45,654 nucleotides of DNA, from positions 1-45,654 of the forward strand of contig JAUYPR010000055.1 of NCBI GenBank assembly GCA_030695785.1. The letters are read 5' to 3'. Positions 32,883 through 41,662 of this stretch are shown in pieces. The notes under the pieces are model-generated. The model saw only the letters and a list, made by a program, of their open reading frames with translations, searched no databases and was not told the DNA's origin. The DNA is from a bacterium. Its GTDB lineage: Bacteria; Patescibacteriota; Microgenomatia; JAUYPR01. The position numbers and the translations under genes are program-made. Numbering within the stretch: the first letter of the stretch is position 1; the number at the start of each line of letters is the position of its first letter.

Positions 32883-34160
32883 ATGTCACGTTTTATCATC
32901 TGGTTTTCCCGCGCAAGCGGTGTTCTCTTTGTAACCCTTTTGGGGCTGAGTGTTGCGCAACCAGTCTATGCAGATTTCAAAGTCATCGGAACTTCTCCTG
33001 ATTTAATTGCATGTCCATATGTCGTTATCCCGAACGCTCACTGGCGATGTATGGATAAGGATGAAAATGTTCAGACAAAGATGTCGTTTCGCGTCAGTTC
33101 TTCAGAACCATTGCTTGATAACGTCACATACCTACTACGAATCTCTAAAAATAGCGACCCGAACAACTTTGGTTTTGCGCCTGCTAAAAAGATACCCGAC
33201 AACGAACTCATCTTCGAATGGGATTTCAATGGCATTGGAACAATAAGAACCGATCCTCATTTTATAGCCCAACCAGGAGTCTGGACGCTTGAGCTTTATG
33301 CTCCAGGCAAGCTTGAATATGATTATGGCCGTAGTTTTCCACGCTTTCTTCCAGACCAGAAGAAAAAATTAGAAAATACAACGTTCATTATCTACGAAGG
33401 ACCAAAAAAGCAACCTACCTTTCGCGCAAAAAGGATACGTTATCCGGCCAATACAAAAGAAGTTGAATTTGAAATTCTCAACACCACAAAAAGCGTTCGG
33501 TATGAAGTATGGTGGGATGGAGAGACACCTGGTTTTGGTAAAAGTGGAACGTCTGAGCAGTCAGGTTCTACTCTCAATCTCAAATTGAAATGGAGTGGTC
33601 AGGCGAGAGAACGAGGACAACTAGCCTGTATGGCAATACCAACCTCTGGATTTCTCGTTGGATTAAAATGTGAAGATTTTTCGACCGTCGTTTACTTTCT
33701 CTCAACAGACCCTGGCGATGGAGGAGGACCCTCGGAACCCCTCGGAGACAGAAATGGAGATCCGTTTACTCACGAATTAAAAACCGTCTCTGGAGGCGGT
33801 GTCACTAGACTTATTCGCGAACCGCGTAAATACGAAAGAGTAATCTTCTGTCAAGAAAAGCAAAACGAAGAAAGTGGTGTAGTAATTCACACCGGAATAG
33901 GATGTATTCCTACAACACCTTCTGCATTGCTTGGTTTTCTGCTCCGCTTTGCCATTGGCATTGGGGGCGGGGCGGCTTTGCTTATCATGGCATTTGGGAG
34001 TATTCAAATGATGACGGCGCAAGGCGATCCGGAGAAATTGAATGAAGGCCGGGAGAAGTTTGTGGGCGCGCTTGCTGGACTTTTGTTTATTGTTTTCAGT
34101 ATATTCTTGTTGAATGTGATCGGCGTCCAGATTTTTGCCATTCCGGGGTTCCCAAAATGA
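32883..34160 (+). CDS. Pilin-module fusion 1: large exported beta-rich N-terminal domain plus C-terminal VirB2/TrbC-type T4SS pilin module
   Basis: Signal peptide MSRFIIWFSRASGVLFVTLLGLSVAQPVYA. C-terminus LLRFAIGIGGGAALLIMAFGSIQMMTAQGDPEKLNEGREKFVGALAGLLFIVFSIFLLNVIG is a two-helix pilin hairpin. Confidence 0.7.
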   Translation: MSRFIIWFSRASGVLFVTLLGLSVAQPVYADFKVIGTSPDLIACPYVVIPNAHWRCMDKDENVQTKMSFRVSSSEPLLDNVTYLLRISKNSDPNNFGFAPAKKIPDNELIFEWDFNGIGTIRTDPHFIAQPGVWTLELYAPGKLEYDYGRSFPRFLPDQKKKLENTTFIIYEGPKKQPTFRAKRIRYPANTKEVEFEILNTTKSVRYEVWWDGETPGFGKSGTSEQSGSTLNLKLKWSGQARERGQLACMAIPTSGFLVGLKCEDFSTVVYFLSTDPGDGGGPSEPLGDRNGDPFTHELKTVSGGGVTRLIREPRKYERVIFCQEKQNEESGVVIHTGIGCIPTTPSALLGFLLRFAIGIGGGAALLIMAFGSIQMMTAQGDPEKLNEGREKFVGALAGLLFIVFSIFLLNVIGVQIFAIPGFPK

Positions 34161-34903
34161 AGATCCAACTCTCTTTTTTCCTTACCTCAATACTCTGCTT
34201 TCTTTTCATTGCAACACCGGCTCGAGCAATTGAGATTGAGATAGAGGTGAAAAAGGGTAACCCCAATACTGCCGTTATCTCTGTCTGGGATTTTCGTGGT
34301 TTCTCGCCACGCGTTGGCATGTTTGACAGCTCTAGCCTTGTCAAATGTGTCTATCTTCCAACAACCGAAGCAACAGAAACTTCAAAGGCAACCGTTGAGT
34401 TTACCCTCCCCCAAAGGACATCGACGCAAACATTTGTTAATTTTGCCATTCTCAAAACAAAACAATCACTCTCTGGTGCTTCAAAAACACCCTGTTCAGG
34501 AGATGATGCGCTCATTGAATACCTCGGCGAGACAAAAATGATTGATCTCCCAGAGGGGCAAACCTCTACGCTTGCGCCCTCTTCTTCGTTAAAACCGTCA
34601 TTCTCTTTCTCCCTCCCCAAAGACCCGACCCGATTTGCGGGGATGAAGATTTTGGACCTGTTTAACCCAATCGGAACTGGGGCGGGGTTGCTGCAGATTA
34701 TCTTGGGGCTCGCCTTGGCTGTTTCCTTCCTCTTTTTTGCCTTAGGTGCGGTGCGCTATATGCTCTCGGCCGGAGATGCGAAAAAGGCGGAAGAAGCACG
34801 GAACCATATCACCATGGCAGTCGTGGGACTGGTTATTGTTGTGGTTGCGTTTTTCTTAGTCCAGATTTTGGGGCGAATGTTTGGAACAGGGGTCACGAGA
34901 TGA
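34157..34903 (+). CDS. Pilin-module fusion 2
   Basis: ATGA overlap with the upstream gene. Signal peptide, about 170-aa N-terminal domain, then LAVSFLFFALGAVRYMLSAGDAKKAEEARNHITMAVVGLVIVVVAFFLVQIL. Confidence 0.75.
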   Translation: MKIQLSFFLTSILCFLFIATPARAIEIEIEVKKGNPNTAVISVWDFRGFSPRVGMFDSSSLVKCVYLPTTEATETSKATVEFTLPQRTSTQTFVNFAILKTKQSLSGASKTPCSGDDALIEYLGETKMIDLPEGQTSTLAPSSSLKPSFSFSLPKDPTRFAGMKILDLFNPIGTGAGLLQIILGLALAVSFLFFALGAVRYMLSAGDAKKAEEARNHITMAVVGLVIVVVAFFLVQILGRMFGTGVTR

Positions 34904-35391
34904 GGTTCAAAGTTTTCACTTTTGCGCTGTCGCTTTGCGTCTTGAGTCTTGCGCTTTTCGCTTTCCCATCGGGGGTCTCTGCACAATCCGGACAAAATTG
35001 CAACGAGATTCCTCGTGGAGAAGACCAAGATACGTGTTGGGAGAAACAACGAGCAGAATTCCAACAAAAAACGACCGATCAGTCGACGCCAGGTTTCTCT
35101 TTCAATCTTGGATCGTTTTACCAACCCGTTGCGGGAAAGGTCGCGTTTCAATCGTTTGGTGGTGCGGTTGGGTTTGCGTATCGAGTGATTCTGCTCTTTG
35201 CCGGCATCATCGCGTTTTTCCTGTTGATTCTTGGGGGCGTTCGGTATATCATCAGTGGTGGTGACGCAAAGAAAACTGAAGAAGCGCGCAATATGCTAAC
35301 CATGGCAATCATTGGCTTTGCGTTGGTGGTACTGGCGGCGATGATCTATCCTTTGTTGCAGCGATTTTTGGGGCTGCCGAAACTTTTCTAG
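34900..35391 (+). CDS. Pilin-module protein 3
   Basis: ATGA overlap. Signal peptide, Cys pair CNEIPRGEDQDTC, then IIAFFLLILGGVRYIISGGDAKKTEEARNMLTMAIIGFALVVLAAMI. Confidence 0.8.
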   Translation: MRFKVFTFALSLCVLSLALFAFPSGVSAQSGQNCNEIPRGEDQDTCWEKQRAEFQQKTTDQSTPGFSFNLGSFYQPVAGKVAFQSFGGAVGFAYRVILLFAGIIAFFLLILGGVRYIISGGDAKKTEEARNMLTMAIIGFALVVLAAMIYPLLQRFLGLPKLF

Positions 35392-35408
35392 AAAATTCCA
35401 AGGACCAA

Positions 35409-35903
35409 ATGACAAATTCCAAACAAATTTCAAGATTCAAAATTCAAATCTTGATCCTCCTTGTCTGTTCATGGTTTTTGGTCCTTGGTCCTTCACAGGT
35501 TTCTGCTCAACAACAATGTAGTCAATTTAAACAATTCTCAGAAGAGTGGTACGAGTGCACTGGAGTCAAACTTGATACTCGTGCACCGATATCAGAATTG
35601 GGAACCATCGATAATCCCCTCGTCGGCAAGTACCGCGGGCCAGGAGGAATCAGCAATCTTCTCAACAATGTCGTTTCACTCATTTTCATTATTGCCGGCA
35701 TTTTGGTCTTTTTCTTCCTGCTCTTTGGCGGGATCAAGTGGATTGTCTCTGGCGGAGATGCGAAGAAAACTGAAGAAGCACGGAATATGATTACTGCGGC
35801 GATTGTCGGACTTGCCATTGTGGCATTGGCATGGGCTATCGTAAAAGTTTTGGAACAATTCTTTGGATTGCCCCTGACAGGTGGGGCAATTCCGACGCCC
35901 TAA
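35409..35903 (+). CDS. Pilin-module protein 4
   Basis: Signal peptide, Cys pair CSQFKQFSEEWYEC, then ILVFFFLLFGGIKWIVSGGDAKKTEEARNMITAAIVGLAIVALAWAIVKVLE. Confidence 0.8.
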   Translation: MTNSKQISRFKIQILILLVCSWFLVLGPSQVSAQQQCSQFKQFSEEWYECTGVKLDTRAPISELGTIDNPLVGKYRGPGGISNLLNNVVSLIFIIAGILVFFFLLFGGIKWIVSGGDAKKTEEARNMITAAIVGLAIVALAWAIVKVLEQFFGLPLTGGAIPTP

Positions 35904-35911
35904 TTTGCCAC

Positions 35912-35941
35912 TTGACAAATGTGCTTCAGTCTATCTATAAT
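35912..35941 (+). promoter_or_regulatory. Internal consensus promoter inside the pilin array, leaderless geometry
   Basis: TTGACA (35912-35917), 18-nt spacer, TATAAT (35936-35941), 6 nt, ATG at 35948. Confidence 0.6.
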
Positions 35942-35947
35942 CTTAAT

Positions 35948-36352
35948 ATGATGAAGAAGCTCCTCGCAGGTGCTACGGGTGCAGCCGCATATCTTTTGTG
36001 GGCCGGGCAACATGCAGTTGTGTTTGCACAAACAACAAGTTTAGGGATTAATCGTCCAGCAATCGGCAATAGCCCCATTGGTCCAACTGATCTCAATAGT
36101 GTCATCAACGCACTGGTACAACTCGCATTCATTGTCGCAGTCATCCTTGTCTTCTTCTTCCTTGTCTTCGGAGGCATCAAATGGATCATTTCGGGTGGAG
36201 ATCAAAAGAAAACTGAAGAGGCGCGAAATATGATCACAGCCGCCATTGTTGGTTTAGCGATTGTCGCGCTTGCATATGCTATCGTAAAAGTTCTTGAAGC
36301 ATTCTTCAAAATCCCAATCTTTGGACAGGTTGCTCTCCCAACAACTCAATAA
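35948..36352 (+). CDS. Pilin-module protein 5 (close paralog of protein 4)
   Basis: Signal peptide MMKKLLAGATGAAAYLLWAGQHAVVFA, then ILVFFFLVFGGIKWIISGGDQKKTEEARNMITAAIVGLAIVALAYAIVKVLE. The track start at 35831 lies inside the previous gene. Confidence 0.8.
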   Translation: MMKKLLAGATGAAAYLLWAGQHAVVFAQTTSLGINRPAIGNSPIGPTDLNSVINALVQLAFIVAVILVFFFLVFGGIKWIISGGDQKKTEEARNMITAAIVGLAIVALAYAIVKVLEAFFKIPIFGQVALPTTQ

Positions 36353-36392
36353 TATAATTGACTTCTCGTTTTCTCTCCTGTAGACTTTGACT

Positions 36393-36719
36393 ATGCTTCT
36401 TGCGCAACTTTTTCCTTGGGGCAGTTGTGTCCAAGGCGATGTGGCCACGCTTGCCTGTGGAGGTGTTGTGGTCATTCGCATCCTTCAGCTCGTCGGGTCG
36501 CTGGCGCTTCTTGTCTTTTTCATCATGGCGCTTTTTGCCGGGTTTCAGTTGATGACCTCTGGAGGCGACGCAAAGGCCGTAGAAAAGGCCAGGGGCACGC
36601 TCACGCATGCTGTGATTGGTCTGGTCGCATTAGTTGTCGCGTTCTTGATTCTCCAGCTCATTGATACAGTCGCCTTCAAAGGAACGGGGATTTCCATCCT
36701 CAACTTTAGCCTTCCATGA
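36393..36719 (+). CDS. Pilin-module protein 6 (shortest; closest to a plain VirB2/TrbC-like pilin)
   Basis: MLLAQLFPWGSCVQGDVATLACGG..., then LLVFFIMALFAGFQLMTSGGDAKAVEKARGTLTHAVIGLVALVVAFLILQL. Confidence 0.75.
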   Translation: MLLAQLFPWGSCVQGDVATLACGGVVVIRILQLVGSLALLVFFIMALFAGFQLMTSGGDAKAVEKARGTLTHAVIGLVALVVAFLILQLIDTVAFKGTGISILNFSLP

Positions 36720-37381
36720 ACAAGTGGATCGTCGCTTTTCTTCTCCTTACAGCTTCTGGCTTACTGCTTATAGCTCCCTCAATACTCCTCGCCCAATCCG
36801 ACCCAACTCTTCATGCCTGCACAAAGGATCAGGCGGATGGGAAAGTCTATGACGATGCAGGGTGGAACCAAGATCTGAAATGCAGAATGGGCAAATTTTA
36901 CCGATATCAAAGTTATGATGCTGTTAATGATAAGTATTACTGTATTCTCTCAGAACCTATTCCAGTTGATTGCAGCTCCGCACCCGTGCCGACAGCGGCC
37001 ACTCCCTCTCCTTCCCCATCGTCAACCTCATCTGCAACGCCATCTGCGCTCCCAATAAGCGGCTTGTCGTTCCAAGAAGAAGGGCGATTAAACCTTGCGG
37101 TCAGAAGGCTTACCCCTTCAGGGTTTTCTCTGCCAACCAGCGGGTGTCAGCTTCCAATGTTGAACGCGTATATTGGTGCGGCCGAAAGCGTTGAATGCCC
37201 TGGGGGAAATGCGGTGCAGAACGCAATGTCCAATGCGTCCTTAAAGTTTGCCCAAGCAGTGTTGCCCCCCAACCAATTCCTTGCCTCAAAGCCTCCAGAG
37301 AACCAAAACCTTCTTGAAAGATTCCGTCACTGGCTGTTTCGTACCCTTGTAAGCAAGGCCTTTGGGATCGGTGGCTCTTGA
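36716..37381 (+). CDS. Exported Cys-containing protein with a Pro/Ser-rich linker; last gene of the pilin operon
   Basis: ATGA overlap. Signal peptide MNKWIVAFLLLTASGLLLIAPSILLA. Linker APVPTAATPSPSPSSTSSATPSA. No pilin module. Its last 19 nt are duplicated at 38097. Confidence 0.7.
   Translation: MNKWIVAFLLLTASGLLLIAPSILLAQSDPTLHACTKDQADGKVYDDAGWNQDLKCRMGKFYRYQSYDAVNDKYYCILSEPIPVDCSSAPVPTAATPSPSPSSTSSATPSALPISGLSFQEEGRLNLAVRRLTPSGFSLPTSGCQLPMLNAYIGAAESVECPGGNAVQNAMSNASLKFAQAVLPPNQFLASKPPENQNLLERFRHWLFRTLVSKAFGIGGS
37358..37376 (+). repeat. Left copy of the 19-nt direct repeat flanking the RHH-PIN cassette
   Basis: GCCTTTGGGATCGGTGGCT encodes AFGIGG at the 3' end of 36716-37381. It matches 18 of 19 nt with 38097-38115. 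Confidence 0.75.
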
Positions 37382-37414
37382 TAAACAACAAGCGCTATGC
37401 TATTATTACAGTGT

Positions 37415-37654
37415 ATGAAAATTACACGCAGTACTGAAGTTGTTTCCGTATCTCTCCCCGCCCCGCTTTTACGCAAGCTTGACCAAGAAAGCAAGGAGGA
37501 GGGTCGGTCACGAAGTAATTTCATAAAAAATCTCCTCGTGCAATATCTGGAAAACAAACGATGGGAACACATCTATCGACGAGGCACAGAAACAGCACAA
37601 AAATTTAACCTCACTTCTGAGGACGATCTAGATCGTATCCTCCACAATGCGTAA
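37415..37654 (+). CDS. RHH/CopG-family antitoxin
   Basis: MKITRSTEVVSVSLPAPLLRKLDQESKEEGRSRSNFIKNLLVQYL is a ribbon-helix-helix pattern. TGcTATTAT lies 8 nt upstream of the ATG. Confidence 0.75.
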   Translation: MKITRSTEVVSVSLPAPLLRKLDQESKEEGRSRSNFIKNLLVQYLENKRWEHIYRRGTETAQKFNLTSEDDLDRILHNA

Positions 37655-38066
37655 ATCTCTTCCTTGCCGCGTTGTACTTGATACAAACGTTTTATTATCT
37701 GCGATTCTCTTCGGTGGTTACCCACGAACAATTCTTGAGTCTGCAAAGAAGCGTGATCTTCACCTGGTGACAAGCAAAGCATTACTTCTTGAGGCCGCAA
37801 ACGTCTTGTCAAAAAAATTCGCATGGAGTTCGTCTGATATCCAAGATGTCGTGCAAGGAGTTGATGTCTTTGCTGAAGTTATCGCTACGCATTCAAAACT
37901 CCGAGTGATCAAAAACGACCCGAGCGACAATATGGTACTGGAGTGTGCGCTGGATGGTAGAGCTGAAGTAATTATTTCCGGAGATAAACGCCACGTGCTC
38001 CCACTCAAAAGGTTTCGGAATATTCCCATTCTTTCTCCTGCAACATTTGTCAGAAAATATCTATAA
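37647..38066 (+). CDS. PIN-family toxin
   Basis: VVLDTNVLLSAILFGG, LLLEAANV and VIISGDKRHVLPL. It overlaps the antitoxin gene by 8 nt. Confidence 0.8.
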   Translation: MRKSLPCRVVLDTNVLLSAILFGGYPRTILESAKKRDLHLVTSKALLLEAANVLSKKFAWSSSDIQDVVQGVDVFAEVIATHSKLRVIKNDPSDNMVLECALDGRAEVIISGDKRHVLPLKRFRNIPILSPATFVRKYL

Positions 38067-38096
38067 AATGTTTCCTTTCTCGCCTTTATTGACAGA

Positions 38097-38115
38097 GCCT
38101 TTGGGATTGGTGGCT
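38097..38115 (+). repeat. Right copy of the 19-nt direct repeat
   Basis: GCCTTTGGGATTGGTGGCT is followed directly by TAA, so it reads AFGIGG-stop. Confidence 0.75.
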
Positions 38116-38146
38116 AAACCCCAGCAGATTCTGTTATAATTCACGT

Positions 38147-41100
38147 ATGGCAGTTCCAGAAGGTCTACCAAACGGCAATGGCCCTGAGAATGAACCAATC
38201 TCTCCTCCCAAACCCGAGGCGGGTGGCGAACAGCAGTCATCATCTAAACGAAAAGCTCTTCAAGCAGAAACGTCCGATCAGAATCAAAAAACTAAATCGA
38301 CTAGCCCTGAAATAACTCCCCGACCAACGAAACAATCGAAAGAGAAAAAACCGCATGAAGAAGAATTAAAAAAAGGATTACTCGAAAAACTCCTTCAGCT
38401 CTTCAATATTAAATTGCCTGCTAGTAAAACTGGAATGGCGATTGGTGATTTTCAAGAGGCTCTCACATCAAAATTTGAAGCCAAGGGCATTAAACCTGGA
38501 ACAAAAACCTACGCCGAAGCCTTCATTGATGCGGGGAGGAAAATTCGTTCTCTTGAGAGAAACTCTGAGATTTCACAACAAGAAGCAAATTCAATAAATC
38601 ATGCGCTTGCAAGAGAAGCGTATGAGACTTTTCTTACATTAAGAGAAAGCGGAGGTGTTTCGGTATCAGAAATCGATGATTTAGAAGCTCAACTTGGATT
38701 AATCGAGAAGCCATTGGCGGGTGCTAGTCAACCGCCAACTGACCGTCTCAAACAACCCACGCCTGTAGATTTTGCGACTGATTATATACCTACAAATCTT
38801 GCAGGAAACAGTGACCTTATAGTATTAGCGGATAAGCTTCGTAATATACCTGCAACGGATCTCAGCCCGGGTAGAGTAGTTCTCCTCTATCAGGAGCTAA
38901 AAAATATTATAGACCAGTTGCCAACAAAGTTCAATCCTTCCACGCAATCGAAGGAATATTACGAAAATACCAAAGCAGCCTTTGACTTTCTTGCTAGTCT
39001 CAAGCTACTTACTGAAACACAGGCGGTCAGATATCTTCATTTATCACCCAACCACAAACTCGCATCATACGATAAGGAACTTATTCACAACCTTATCCCC
39101 GAGCTCACCCGCATGGTGGATCAAATTGAAGCCGGTATCCAGGGGCGACAATCACCTTACGGATTATCTGAATTTGAACAGAGAATTATTATTAATGGTC
39201 AAGGTCGTCTTGATGGAGAGCAGATGACAAGGGCAGAGCTATTCGCAAGGTTTTTCGGGGTTGCTAATGTGCTACCCGGTATGGATTTTCGATCTACTCT
39301 TTCCTATGAAGATACGGTTCGTATAAACTCATTTATTGCAACTTTACGATTCGCCACCAAAGATAGTTTTGCTATTGAGGGTCTCTCGAATTCAAATTAC
39401 AAAATGCTCATGGAATACTACGCGACAGAGTATCAGATCCGCGAACTCTTCCACAATGCAAACTATTTAACAAGAGCAAACGGAAAGCCCGAGGATCTTG
39501 CGAAATATCTTAATCCATTCCGTGGTGAATTCCTTGATTTCATTTTGAATAAGAAGCGAGAACAGTTTGTTGGAGTGAGCGATGTGATCAAAATGTTTGA
39601 AACCTCAATGCAAGAGATTTTACATCAAAATGCAGGGAGTTCACCAATGTACACAGAAATGGTGACTGATTACGACGAAGGGAGAGAATCCATCCTCGAA
39701 CATCGTGTCCGAAAAAAACTAGATCAACATCTAAAAATGCGCCTCATTCATGATGCTGACGGACGACCCGTACTTGAACTACCAGATTGGCAAAAAGAAC
39801 AAATTATTGGATTTGCACGCGGTTTTCATATTGTTACACTCCGTTTCGTCGAAATTGTCGCTGAAAACAGACTTCCTGCGGGACGGTTGAGACTCTTAGG
39901 AAGTCTTTATGGACATGAAATTGCACGTATCCTAGACCCGCTTGAACAGTTTATTGAGAAATACCAGGTTGCGAAAAAAGGTCCAGCGGCGATTCTTTCC
40001 TATGACATAAAGCAAAAACATGATAGCTTCTTTGGTTTTTTCCCAACATGGAATCCAAATAAGTTACTCGCAGATTTGGATAAAGTTGCGCCGGGAGATT
40101 CCCAACGAATCATGGATCTCTTGAACTTTATGCGTATCGGCGGTCCGTTTATGTCTGCCTGGAGAGCACATAATATCTCCGAACATATTCCAGATCACCT
40201 CCGAGGTGTTGGCCTGCGCCTCGGACTTTTGAGTCATGATGTATGGAATGAGATGGAAAAAAGCCATCAGAAGAACGAACAGCAACAAAAGATGTCGGAC
40301 AACGAGTGGCACAACGAGTGGGAGAGATTGAAAAAAGATAAAGGACTTGAACACATTCACGATGAGCGTGTCGCACAGCGGAAACGTGATATCTGGAGAG
40401 ATGCAAGTCGCTACCTTCCAAGAAGGGTTGCTTGGACTGATACAGACCCGAATTTTCGTCTCGAGACAATTGCGAAAACGCTCGGACTTTGGCAAGAAGT
40501 TAAAAACAATCGAAATCTATGGCAAGGAAATGACCAGCTAAGACAACACGAAGTTGAAGAATTCCTTCGACAACAAAGTATTATCAACTCGAGTCTGGGG
40601 GGAATAGAGGATAATAATTTACTTCAACAGTTAGAGAATGATCTAGAGATTGTTCAAGAGAAACTTATTCAAGGCTGGGATCACACCGGAAACCGCAAAA
40701 ATGATCAATATAAAGATATTTTTGATCTCCTCGCAAAGGAACCAAATTTTCTTGATGGTGATAAGGCGCGCTGTCAACGAGTACTGGAATTTGCACTAAG
40801 AGTTCGGACACGGTTTGATATTAATACCATCGATAAAAAACTCCAAAAGCTCAATCCCATCCTTATTGGTGCAGATATCTCTCAATCGTTTCTAGAGCAG
40901 GTTCGTGAAGAAATCAAGCAGGATCAGAATGCCGCGAGAAACAAGTATGGAAATAATCCGTTTTTTCAAGAAATTGCTAACATGGACGATGAAGCCGCAA
41001 AAAAGTGTCTTGAAGATGCGACGAAGCATCTGATTGACTTTGCAAAGCAAGAGCGTTCTTCCATCCTTGGTTTTGAAGACATGCCGTTTGATCAATTCCG

Positions 41101-41662
41101 ATTTATTGAAGCCGGAGGGAGTGGATTTATTGCCCGACGTATGAATGATTTCATGCATGCAGCACAAGCTGTCGTGGAATTAGTTAACCTCTTAAATGAT
41201 TTGCCCACATATCATGACGAAAGGCAAATCCTCGGCCAGCTCTATAAAATTAAATCGGGTGTTGAGGGTTACGACTCGACACATGCAGAGAAAGTTATGA
41301 AACAACTTATTACAGGTATCTCCAAGTATTATGCACGAGGAGGATGGTCAGCCGCCCCAGAACCAATTGGTTTTGTTGTCCGACTGTTCGGACGCTCGTC
41401 TGCGGCGCAAAGAAGACAAGGTCCAGAGGCGTTCAATTGGGATGAAACGGGAACTCGAAATTTCCTTACCGCCGCATGGAATATGCATCTTTTAGATAAA
41501 AAAGGGTTCCAGGAACTTTCTCGAGATCTTCATGCTGATAAACGAGCATTATTTGAAAAATACTTTCGAATTTTTGGACCATTAGCTTTTGTCATCCTTC
41601 TTCCTCTGTTTTTTGAGGAGTACCAAAAATATAATCAAAAAGCAGAGGCTTCAGTAAGGTAG
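38147..41662 (+). CDS. Orphan 1171-aa protein: disordered Lys/Glu/Pro-rich N-terminus, long largely helical body, single C-terminal TM (tail-anchor topology)
   Basis: TGtTATAAT lies 6 nt upstream of the ATG. No signal peptide, Walker motif or other catalytic motif was recognised. C-terminal FRIFGPLAFVILLPLFFEEY. Visibly more A+T-rich than the pilin genes. Confidence 0.75.
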   Translation: MAVPEGLPNGNGPENEPISPPKPEAGGEQQSSSKRKALQAETSDQNQKTKSTSPEITPRPTKQSKEKKPHEEELKKGLLEKLLQLFNIKLPASKTGMAIGDFQEALTSKFEAKGIKPGTKTYAEAFIDAGRKIRSLERNSEISQQEANSINHALAREAYETFLTLRESGGVSVSEIDDLEAQLGLIEKPLAGASQPPTDRLKQPTPVDFATDYIPTNLAGNSDLIVLADKLRNIPATDLSPGRVVLLYQELKNIIDQLPTKFNPSTQSKEYYENTKAAFDFLASLKLLTETQAVRYLHLSPNHKLASYDKELIHNLIPELTRMVDQIEAGIQGRQSPYGLSEFEQRIIINGQGRLDGEQMTRAELFARFFGVANVLPGMDFRSTLSYEDTVRINSFIATLRFATKDSFAIEGLSNSNYKMLMEYYATEYQIRELFHNANYLTRANGKPEDLAKYLNPFRGEFLDFILNKKREQFVGVSDVIKMFETSMQEILHQNAGSSPMYTEMVTDYDEGRESILEHRVRKKLDQHLKMRLIHDADGRPVLELPDWQKEQIIGFARGFHIVTLRFVEIVAENRLPAGRLRLLGSLYGHEIARILDPLEQFIEKYQVAKKGPAAILSYDIKQKHDSFFGFFPTWNPNKLLADLDKVAPGDSQRIMDLLNFMRIGGPFMSAWRAHNISEHIPDHLRGVGLRLGLLSHDVWNEMEKSHQKNEQQQKMSDNEWHNEWERLKKDKGLEHIHDERVAQRKRDIWRDASRYLPRRVAWTDTDPNFRLETIAKTLGLWQEVKNNRNLWQGNDQLRQHEVEEFLRQQSIINSSLGGIEDNNLLQQLENDLEIVQEKLIQGWDHTGNRKNDQYKDIFDLLAKEPNFLDGDKARCQRVLEFALRVRTRFDINTIDKKLQKLNPILIGADISQSFLEQVREEIKQDQNAARNKYGNNPFFQEIANMDDEAAKKCLEDATKHLIDFAKQERSSILGFEDMPFDQFRFIEAGGSGFIARRMNDFMHAAQAVVELVNLLNDLPTYHDERQILGQLYKIKSGVEGYDSTHAEKVMKQLITGISKYYARGGWSAAPEPIGFVVRLFGRSSAAQRRQGPEAFNWDETGTRNFLTAAWNMHLLDKKGFQELSRDLHADKRALFEKYFRIFGPLAFVILLPLFFEEYQKYNQKAEASVR

